A stretch of DNA of 64,000 bases from Octopus sinensis (Eukaryota). The first letter of the stretch is position 1. Every line of letters starts with the position of its first letter. The DNA lies in the NCBI RefSeq assembly GCF_006345805.1, contig NC_042997.1, positions 47,306,001-47,370,000 on the forward strand, given 5' to 3'. The position numbers and the translations under genes were made by a program. The notes beneath the pieces were generated by a model. That model made no database searches. It saw nothing but the letters and a program-made list of their open reading frames with translations, and was not told where the DNA came from. This document shows, one piece after another, positions 53,096 to 64,000 of this stretch.

Positions 53096-53296
53096 TTTTG
53101 CTGTTTTAATTAAATGGAAGTACACTGTCTGAAATTTAATAAAATACAGTCAGATTTTATGCGGAAGGATTTCAAGAAAAATCTAGTATTTACAGTCTTC
53201 CTATACGCTCATATGATTCATCGATATGATTAATTCCTGTATATACGTATGCAAACACGCCCAGGTATATATGTATATGGGTGTGTGTGTGTGTGT

Positions 53297-53367
<71 letters not shown>

Positions 53368-53673
53368 GTGTGTGTGTGCGTATATATATAAATGTGTGTA
53401 TGTGTGAATAGATATACATAAGTGTGTGTATTTATATATATATATATTTATATATATGCATATATATACATATATTTATAGTAGTGTAATAAATATATGA
53501 TATACATTATACAATTATGTACATCTACATGCATATCAAAGCTTGTGTGTGCGCGCGCGTGTGTATGGGTTTATCTGAGTGCGTGTGTATAAGTGTGAAT
53601 TGAAATATATATATATATATAATTTCAATTCACACTTATACACACGCACTCGCATACACTCATACATATATAT

Positions 53674-53745
<72 letters not shown>

Positions 53746-54198
53746 TATATATTTATATATATACGTATTAAGATATTGAATTTTCTCGTTCTTTTAATGT
53801 TCTCTTCAAACGCTTTGATATCAGCAAAGCTGTGGGTAAAACCAGCTGTGCTTCTAATATCGTATCAGTTCAATAATTTCAACGTTCGTCGCATTTGATA
53901 CTGAAGCAAGGACGGTTTCACCCATCTTGTAAGATGTACCCTGCAGCAAAATACAATGAGAAATGTAATCTAAATCAGGAAATAAAAGAATGAAAAATAA
54001 TCACACTAAATTTTTTTTTTAAATAGTAAATCAATGCACGTTCTCTCTTCAGAAGTATTTCCTTTAATCTTGGTGAAATACATACACAATATTGGATAAT
54101 GCATTTTTACAGTATAATTCTCGATGTAGACATAACTCACACCCATGTGCGGATATGAGAGACTTTGACAGATACATGGTACTATATATATATATATC

Positions 54199-54229
<31 letters not shown>

Positions 54230-54235
54230 ATATAT

Positions 54236-54280
<45 letters not shown>

Positions 54281-54281
54281 C

Positions 54282-54316
<35 letters not shown>

Positions 54317-54348
54317 CTATATATATATTATATATATATGTATATATA

Positions 54349-54395
<47 letters not shown>

Positions 54396-54637
54396 GACAC
54401 GCATACACACATATATGTATGTAAATGTATATATAGGTGTCTATATGTGTATTATACACACACCCATATGTATTTAACATAAGTTTCAAATTTTGGTACA
54501 AGTCCACCAATTTTGTGGGAGGGGCTAATTCGATTACAACTACTCGAGTGCTCAACTAGTTCATATTTTATCGACCACAAAATGATGAAATCTAATGTGG
54601 ATTTCCGCTGGATTTGAACTCAGACTATACATACATA

Positions 54638-54874
54638 ATTATTTCTTTACTACCCACAATGGGCTAAACACATAGGGGGACAAACAAGGACAGACAAACG
54701 GATTAAGTCGGTTATATCGACCCCAGTGCGTAACTGGTACTTAATTTATCGACCCCGAAAGGATGAAAGGTAGAGTCGACCTCGGCGGAATTTGAACTCA
54801 GAACGTAATGCCAGACGAAATACGGCTACGCTTTTCGCCCGGCGTGCTAACGTTTCTGCCAGCTCGCCGCCTTA
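54638..54874 (-). mobile_element. SINE family B with tail type 2
   Basis: TAAGGCGGCGAGCTGGCAGAAACGTTAGCACGCCGGGCG head; tail TTGTCCCCCTATGTGTTTAGCCCATTGTGGGTAGTAAAGAAAT. Confidence 0.88.
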
Positions 54875-54908
54875 TACATACATAGTATCATATTACATAT
54901 GACATAAT

Positions 54909-55002
<94 letters not shown>

Positions 55003-56070
55003 CGCTATGGATACAGAGAGAAGAAGATAGAGTGTGAGAGCGTGAGGCGTGCGTGTATGTTGTACTTAGTCTGGTGCCTCTTTGAAAGATGGACATCAGT
55101 ACGAGTTGTATTCTTAGGGTGTCCAAGTGGCTTTACTATGAGGCCATAGTTACTTTTTATTACTCTTTAGTAAATTATATTACTAAAAAATTAATATTAC
55201 CCTCTTAGATATCGTTACTAAACTAGAGTGCTGGTTGATAGTTAGTTACCAACTTATCACATGATCTTCTTTGGGATTTGATCTCGGATATTTGTGTCTG
55301 TATTTGTGTATTTTAGAACTAGTATTACACTGTGTACAGATAGTGTTTTAGAGAAGCAACAACTAATGACTGGAATTTAATTTCCGAATCTTTCAAGGAA
55401 ACCATCGGTCGTATCGCATATTAACTCATTTCATATTATAAGAGTTCGCTTTGAAATTGAGTGACATGAGTAAAAATGTGTCGGTTCAGTATGGTGGTGG
55501 TTATATTAAGAGTTGGCATGATAAGATACTGCTACACTGATGTCTTGTTCTATTGGATGTATGTTCTGTCTCTGATTTAGATTTGATTTTTACGTCACAA
55601 CTGCAGGATGTTTCCCGAATTTATACTAAAGAAGGTGATGTTCATGTCCCATTATACATCTGGTTTTTTTAATGCATATGCATATCAAGTCTATCGATAA
55701 AATGCTTACGATAGGTGTCGCTGTCTTGTGAAGTATGTAATTAACATGTGTGCACATAAAAAGCTCTAAATATATTGATAATCACGCAATGTAGACATTC
55801 ACTATTTCAAATATAAATATCTGTGTGAGACTCTGGTCTTTGAAATTACTAAGTGTCGTATTACATAAATAATTAACTGTGGGGAGAGAGAGGGAGAGAG
55901 AGAGAGAAAGGGAGAGAGATAGTGAGGCTGGAGACCTTTATGATAACACATTTTATTTTAATGTATTAACGTGTAAATTACAACATTCTTTTTAGTTATT
56001 TTCTTCTTAACAAAGTATATCACTTTATAAAATTAATTCATTTACATTCATTCTGTAAGTGACACTACGG

Positions 56071-56141
<71 letters not shown>

Positions 56142-57132
56142 TATATATATAATATCCACTACGGTATATATATAATATATATATATATATATTATATATA
56201 TTCCACTCATATTTACTTGTTTCGCTTCTTATATTTCGTTACTTTTACATGATACTATGATACTATTACCTTGATACTGTGATACAATTAATTAATGTGT
56301 GTAAGTATTTTTATATACTAGTAGTTGTGTGTGTAAGATACAAAAATAGTATATGAAAATTTCAAGTTTGATACGCATAATTATGCTTATATTTGCATAT
56401 ATATATTATACCCTTTCCTAGTATATTTTCAGGTTTAAAAGTAAGAGTGTTTTAATTAGCTGTACGTCAAGATATTGTCACTTTCGTTGCTTAAATTTCA
56501 TCTGTACACACCTGCCCACTCAGCCACCTACACATACGCATAAGCACACACATGTGTGTAAGTGTGATACGTGCGTTTTGTGTGTGTGTGTGAGTGTTTT
56601 GTCCGTTTGCAATGGTACACAATACGAAAACAAGAATAACACAGTAGTGAAATGTACTCTTGAGTGCTATAAAGGGGACAGTCTCTTAAAGGGGCATAAC
56701 ATACAGAGACAAGAAAGTGAGCCATTATACTTGTCTAATAGTTACAGCTAACACAAAACTGTCTCGAATATAACTGCAGTTAGTATGGGATCTCTTAGCA
56801 TTTAAATTCCATTATTTTACTACGTAAATCCACTTACCAGTGGAATGTATTCGCCCTATGTTTAGTTCGATAACTTGCCACCATATAAAGAATTCTGGCA
56901 GCAATCAATGATCAAACTACAGTTCTACTTCGTTTGTATCAAACTGCATTTATAATTCTTGTGCTGCATATCGCTATGAAACAAATTTGACGCCAATCTT
57001 TATATTTTCCTCGATATCCCATCAAGATATAAGCGATGTTATATACACGCGCAGACACACACACACACACATTCCTCAGTGTGTGTGCGCGTGCGTACAT
57101 GTACTTACATAAAGTGTTTATGTATAATTCAG

Positions 57133-57174
<42 letters not shown>

Positions 57175-57237
57175 TAATATATTCATATATATATACATGT
57201 ATGTGTATATATATTATATATATATATACCATGTATG

Positions 57238-57269
<32 letters not shown>

Positions 57270-57417
57270 AACAAACACACATATATATGTACATATGTAC
57301 ATATACATGCATATTGTAAATCATTATATTAATACATATACATATTTCTCTGCATGTGCCAGTGACGTAAATAATGAGTGTCTCTCTCTGCAGTAATTAT
57401 ATATATATATAAAATAT

Positions 57418-57500
57418 TATTTGAGACAAAACCACTATTTTGCAAAACAAACAAGGAAAGACTTAATCAATACATAAAATTAAAAAAATGATAATTTTTA
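57418..57500 (-). mobile_element. Truncated copy of the 61330-61484 family, lacking the ribozyme
   Basis: GAGACAAAACCACTATTTTGCAAAACAAACAAGGAAAGACTTAATCAAT shared; (TA)n flanks. Confidence 0.75.
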
Positions 57501-57520
57501 TATATATATATAATATATAT

Positions 57521-57578
<58 letters not shown>

Positions 57579-58524
57579 CATATAATATATATGATTATGT
57601 GTTTATATATATGTCATATATATACCATGTGTATATATATACACACACACACAAACAAACACATATATATATATGTACATATGTACATATACATACAGGC
57701 ATGTTGTATATCATAATATTAATACATATAGATATTTCTCTGCATGTGCAGGTGACGTAAATATATGAGTGTCTCTGCATGTGTGGAAATTATTCATAAG
57801 CATGCTATATATGCATACATAGAGATCGCATGTTCTTATATTCTAGGATCACAGGTATGTAGTGCACTTCATGTTTGATTACATCTGCTATTTATAGTGG
57901 CGTAGATACCTTGGCTCCCAGATAGTAAACATAAATATGGATTTTGCCTTGATAATTCACATTTCAAATGAAGTTAATTAATTTGTATTATTTGAAAGTG
58001 TAGGATGCCGTATAGATGAACTCGATAGATTAAGAATCCACCTTATTTTATCCAAACCAACAAATGTTTCTCAACCTGATGGTCTAACATTCAAGAAATA
58101 GTAACTAACTCTCCCTTAAATATGTATATAAAAGGACACAGTATGTAGGTTTTGATACAAATTCCATTCTAATAGCACAACTTTGTAGCCGATAAAGCTT
58201 TCCCAATATTACTTTCATCTTTATACTTAATCGATTTTACGGATTTCCCGAACCGGTTACACTTTGACTAACAATCAAAGAAAATGCCCGTTAAACATGT
58301 ATCACATCATATACGTATATTGATATCTTAAGCAGATATTATGCTTCAAATGAAACGACACTGTGTAAATAATATATATTTCTTTCATAATCTTTAATCT
58401 CAGTAATTTCAGCTTAAAATTTCAACTTAAAATACTAAAGCAGTTTTTTTTTTAATTTCTATATCTAAGAGGTTTAAACACGACACACGTCACACGACGC
58501 ACGATGCTTTTAGTTTTATTTGTT

Positions 58525-58925
58525 ACTAGCAGTATCGCCCGGCGTTGCTTGGGTTTGTAAGGGAAATAACTATATAAGCATTTTAGAGAGTTATAGCCAA
58601 AAAATAGAAAAAAATGCATTAAAAATGGAAAAAAAAATTAATGGTAATTTTTTTTAAATCGTTGACTCATCGTAGACATTTTTAGAGAGTTACTTCCCTT
58701 ATATAATAGCGAAAAAAATGCATTAAAATGGAAAAAAATGATGGTAATTTTTTTTTTAAATCGTAGACTCATTGTAGACGCGCGCTAATACCCAGAAGGG
58801 CTCGTTATGAATCACGACTATAAGATACCCGGTTTTGGTTAAACTGCACCGCAAAATGTGGGAGTAGTTAGGAATCTAAATCGTTGGAGACAGACAGCAC
58901 ACAACTTACTTTTATATATAAAGAT
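58525..58925 (+). mobile_element. Non-autonomous Helitron/Helentron-like (DINE-1/HINE-style) element
   Basis: 5' ACTAGCAGTATCGCCCGGCGTTGCTTGGG, internal duplicated TAGAGAGTTA..AAATGCATTAAAATGG blocks, 3' ACAGACAGC..TTTTATATATAAAGAT. Confidence 0.55.
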
Positions 58926-59945
58926 TAACACTGTTAGAAAACGCATAAACATCCCACATTTTCCTTCGTACTCGCTATATTTTTTAAATCTTGACATAAT
59001 TCTATAATGACTGGCAAGAACAAGTAAAAGAGTTAGACAAAAACCATAGTGGCTATATGTTTCTAGCTTCCATTCACAGCTGCAAAACAAACAAAAAGAA
59101 ATGGAAGGAGTAAAGAAAAAAGAAAAAATCCAAAAAATCAATACATTCAAGCACACGGTTCCCAAGATTTTTAACTTCAAAGATACCCTCTTACTCTGCC
59201 GCATTTTTGCTTATCTGTCTTCTTAAATATTCATGCGAGACAGAGCCAACGAGTTATTTCATTTACACATGAACAGTAGTACGAACAGTATACAACAATT
59301 ACAAGCAAGCATTGTTTCACTTGCTATTTTTACTATTACATAAGAAGAATTGCCAATATCAGTATCGTTGCCGCCATGTTTTCTTTGGTGAGATTCAGAA
59401 AACTTGTTTTTGTTGAATACTTATCAAAGACGACAGAAATGCAATAAATATTAAGAAGGAACGGGAAAAAAAAATGTAGTTTACAAAATTTATCAGTTTC
59501 GAAAACGATATTCCGAATTGCACACATACAGAAGCATATAAACACACGCAAACACACACACACACATGAACACACACACACTCACACAAACACACACACA
59601 CACATATATATATACATATACATACATACGTACATGGATATGTTGTACGCTTGTGTGTGTATATATATATGTCTTTATATATATGTATATATACATATAC
59701 GTATATATAATATATATATATATACGTATGTGTATATATACATATATGTATACATATATATATGTATATATATATATACACGTATGCATATATTTATATA
59801 GGTATATATATAAATATGTATATATTGATATATATATATATATATATAGGTGTCTATATATACACTTATATACATACATATATACATACATATATATATA
59901 TATACATATATATACGTAATATATATATATTATATATATAGATAT

Positions 59946-59988
<43 letters not shown>

Positions 59989-60536
59989 TATACGTATATA
60001 TTACGTATATATATACGTATGTATATATATATATTTATATGTGTGTGTGTATTCGTAGACATGTCTGTATATTTGAGTGTGCAAATATATATTGAAACGT
60101 CTTTGCGTGCGTGTCTGGGTGTGTGTCTCTGTGTGTGCGCGTGTGGGCGTCGGTGTGTGCCTCTGTGTTTGAGTGTAAGTGTGTATTTGTTTTATAAATA
60201 TAAATCATGTGCAAAAAACAAGTGTTACTCTGTTTAAAATTCTTCTACATTAGAAATAAAAACAACAACAAATAACAAAACATATTTTTGGATTTTTATA
60301 GATATTTTATCATCTGTTATTTTAAAAAAATGACGTTAAATTTGTACTTGACTCTACATTGTCTAAAGTGGTTGAATTAATCATATTATTCAGGTTGCTA
60401 TGTTTATTAATGGATCCCGGTTAACCTGAAATACAGTGATCGTTAATTGAAGATTATATTAAAATATACGTAGGTCTTGAGCACCAATAAGTTTCAATCG
60501 TATTTTATCTGTAAAAGTGGAAATTCAATCTCAATG

Positions 60537-60743
60537 TACGAAAGGATGCTGAAAAGTTTTGGGCTTTAAGGGTGGTTGGAGACCCAAATTTCCGAGTTTT
60601 TTTACGGTGCTCATAAAATCTGAGAAACCGTCGCAATAAATGTGTGAACCTGAGAGGAGAAGATATTTAATAAAAACATAATTAGCAGGGCGCCCTCTAT
60701 TTTGTTTTATCCAAAACCAGGAACCTTTCAGCACACTCTCGTA
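60537..60743. mobile_element. Mariner-derived MITE
   Basis: Imperfect TIRs TACGAAAGGATGCTGAAAAGTT / (rc) TACGAGAGTGTGCTGAAAGGTT with TA at both ends; ~207 bp. Confidence 0.7.
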
Positions 60744-61416
60744 TTTTGGTCAAAAATTTCTTATGTGAAACGCTAATACGAAATGCCCATAAGGTAAATC
60801 TAAATCATGTGTTGAAAATAATTCCATCTATTGATCTCGACGAACATCAAGAAACGATACTTCTTATGTATTCTGTAGCTCATCGATGATCCTACGATAT
60901 CAGAAGTAGAGTAAAAAAAAGGAAGATTTTGTACAAGATGAAACTGAAACATTTTGAAGATACAAATTATTTCTCTTGAGAAAATGACATAACTGTAAAC
61001 TAAAATTAGATAATTTACGTTTACTCGAAAGATGGTACATTACCAAGTGTTCGATATGGTGATGCCTATATATTGTTTATTCCTTGGTGTCTTAGAAAGA
61101 GTTATACTACAATCATTCCTGTCTAAAGCCTGCATGTGTATGTGTGTATTGTGTGTGTGTGTGTGTATGTGCGTGCTTGTGTGTGTGTGTGTGTGTGTGT
61201 CTGTATATAGATAGTTAGATTTATAGATAGATATACATACATATATATATATATATATACACACTCGCACACACACACGCACGTACACACACACATATAT
61301 ATATGTATATATATATATATATATAATATAATTCGAGACAAAACCACTATTTTGCAAAACAAACAAGGAAAGACTTAATCAATGCATAAAAATTTTTAAT
61401 ATAAAGAAATAAACCG

Positions 61417-61459
61417 CCACTACAATCGTTTCATGTCTTCAATGACATTCGTCAGGTGG
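61417..61459 (-). ncRNA. Minimal type I hammerhead ribozyme, intact core, in a ~155 bp element (61330-61484)
   Basis: CCAC-CUGACGA-AUGUC(AUUGAA)GACAU-GAAA-C(GAUU)G-U-A-GUGG. All conserved core positions present; GUA triplet. Confidence 0.85.
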
Positions 61460-61511
61460 ACTTTCGATCTCCTAATCTGTTTTTATATATATATATATAT
61501 CTTTCTCTCTT

Positions 61512-61892
61512 TGCACTCCGTCGGTTACGACGATGAGGTTTCCGGTTGATCCGAATCAACGGAAAAGCCTGCTCGTGAAATTAACGTGTGAGTGGCTGAG
61601 TACTCCACAGACACGTGCACCCTTAACGTAGTTCTCGGGGATATTCAGCGTGACACAGAGAGTGACAAGGCCAGCCCCTTGAAATACAGGTTCAACAGAA
61701 ACAGGAAGTAAGAGTGAGAGAAAGTTGTGGTGAAAGAGTACAGCAGGGATCACCACCATCCCCTGCCGGAGCCTCGTGGAGCTTTTAGGTGTTTTCGCTC
61801 AATAAACACTCACAACGCCCGGTCGGGAATCGAAACCGCGATCCTATGACCGCGAGTCCGCTGTCCTAACCACTGGGCCATTGCGCCTCCAC
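61512..61892 (-). mobile_element. SINE family A, full length
   Basis: Near identical to 1868-2248. Confidence 0.88.
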
Positions 61893-61900
61893 ATATATAT

Positions 61901-61949
<49 letters not shown>

Positions 61950-61950
61950 G

Positions 61951-62000
<50 letters not shown>

Positions 62001-62101
62001 CACCAGGTGGTGCTTTAAGTTAGACATGGCCTGGGCCAATAATGGCCGAAACCTATCAAAGTATCAAAGTATATATATATATATATATAATATATATATA
62101 T

Positions 62102-62145
<44 letters not shown>

Positions 62146-62167
62146 GTTAATATACACACAAACAACA

Positions 62168-62692
62168 CTGGTTTTTGAGGCCGTGGTTTCTGATCTTAAC
62201 CGATTTGAAGTGTTATCACGTACATTGCTTTGTGTTCGTATAAATGATGAGCTACAGCGAATATTCCGCTCAGTACCACAGATTTGCTTGTCAGTTGTTT
62301 GACCTTAACCAGTTGACCATGTCCCTCAGTGGCTAACAATGTGTGCATCTCTGATTACGAGCAGAACTAGTGGATGAGCATCATAGTCATGTGCTAAGAA
62401 GAATTCTTTGGAGTTTTGGATAATTCACCTCTGGAAACATTGGTGTTTCATTCAACATCATTAAATAACTCTTATTCCGTGACCTTTTAATCGGGTTAGG
62501 CTACTTGATTTGAAGAAAATTCTAACTGGGCCCCCTCCTGCAGGGTCATGCGCTGTTTATCTTGATGTAAGATCACCACGTCGTACACATATGGTCGTGA
62601 TGCATGTGCCTGGTTGTCATGATAGGTATACTAGTCTTCGTAAATTTTACTCTAATGTCAATTTGATGGCATGCACTGCTCTCACTCAGTGA
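62168..62692 (+). mobile_element. Family D repeat with (ACT)n/(AAT)n tail
   Basis: Reverse complement of the 45400-45953 family. Confidence 0.75.
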
Positions 62693-62724
<32 letters not shown>

Positions 62725-62733
62725 ATACTAATG

Positions 62734-62780
<47 letters not shown>

Positions 62781-62783
<3 letters not shown>

Positions 62784-62996
62784 CCTTTCTATTATAGGTA
62801 CAGGGCCTGGAATTTGGGGGAGGGGTATAGTCGATTACAGCGACCCCTGTACTCAACTGGTACTTAATTTATCGACCCTGAAAGGATGAAATGTTAAGTT
62901 GACCTCGGTGGTATTTGAACTCAGAACGTAGCAACTGGCGAAATGCCGCTAAGCATTTCGTCCGATGTGCTAACGTTTCTGCCATCTCCCGCCTTT
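62781..62996 (-). mobile_element. SINE family B with tail type 1
   Basis: AAAGGCGGGAGATGGCAGAAACGTTAGCAC head; tail CCAAATTCCAGGCCCTGTACCTATAATAGAAAGGATT(ATT)n. Confidence 0.8.
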
Positions 62997-63011
62997 ATAA
63001 TAATAATAATG

Positions 63012-63072
<61 letters not shown>

Positions 63073-64000
63073 TTGTTGTTAAAGCCGGTTCACATGTTCT
63101 ACTATCGATCTATGATGTAAAAATGAGGAAAAAATATATGGATGAAACGAAAATGCCATTTATCATGCATTAGAATATGCATCATTCGCATTCCTAACAA
63201 ATGAATTGAAGCTTTATGACTGTGTAATATAATTAAAACGAAAGAGAAAAATATCTCGGTAAACAAATAACCGGATTTTGAGCAGCGCGAACATCCTTTT
63301 AGCAATATACTTCTCAGACACATTCCACGAAAGTTTGAACATGGCTTACTGCGGAGACAAATTACGCAATTGTTTGCACATTTTAGTCTTGCTAGACGTT
63401 CAATAGGTCTTAATTTGCAATGGTTGTTTTTATTCAAATTTAATTTGAAGGTATTCGTTCGTTTCCGTCTTTTTCTTTTCTTTTTTTTTTTGTGCGTGGA
63501 CTCTATATAGTTTTCTTCTTGTAATCATTTTATAGAAGCCGAAATGGTTATTTCTATATTTCGTGTTACTGACCTGTTACATAAATTCCTGGTATGATTA
63601 AAAAATTATCTTATATCATGAAACACGATGGCAAACGTGGTTAGAATATGTAGATCACTGGGAAAATGTCGAATAGTGACATTGAGGTTTTGAGTATTTT
63701 ATGCCTTACATAATCTTTACTTTGGAATATAGTTTTAATCAATTAGGTAAACTACCCTCCTCGTTTATAAAATGAATGCGATTACAGACCTAACTCAAAT
63801 ATCAGAATCTCGTGACTTAATAATTTGAATAAATGTATTAAATGCCTTTATTAATGCTTCTTAGCCCTCGGTTGTCATTGATTCATTATGCTTATGATTA
63901 AAGGCATTCTATTTGATATTATTTATATCTGAAACAAAATGTTATCTGCGACCATGCGATCAAACAGCTTCTTTCTTGCTTTGAAAACTATTCCAGGTTA

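Noticed and set aside
56839-56895. Possible short upstream exon (EFFIWWQVIELNIGRIHST, CTG|GTAAGT donor)
   Set aside because: Splice-like signals only, with no start codon in frame and no homology.
63102-63437. Cys-rich 111 aa ORF
   Set aside because: No recognisable domain spacing or convincing exon boundaries.

Overview
AT-rich, microsatellite-saturated eukaryotic genomic DNA. The repeat families look cephalopod (Octopus-like); this is inferred from recognisable SINE families, not from a search. Most ORFs in the supplied track are microsatellite translations. One real gene is visible: a minus-strand CUB-domain protein with two phase-compatible exons (49181-49412 and 30300-30977, about 18.2 kb apart), the second ending in a Ser/Thr/Pro-rich stalk. 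The rest is mostly mobile-element debris: three tRNA-headed SINE families, a CR1/L2-group LINE 3' end, REL-endonuclease (R4/Dong-like) LINE fragments all sitting in (TAA)n tracts, mariner and maT remnants, Helentron-like elements and a decayed Penelope-like element (PLE). The main result of the hunt is about nine type I hammerhead ribozyme (HHR) motifs folded by eye, in about seven sequence-unrelated families. Six or so are intact or nearly so. Most sit in short non-coding elements inserted into microsatellites, mostly (TA)n. Two loci have a tandem unit of about 470-475 nt plus an inverted tail (retrozyme-like or PLE pseudo-LTR-like), and the decayed PLE carries its own degenerate HHR. Catalytic activity, expression and novelty relative to databases were not tested.
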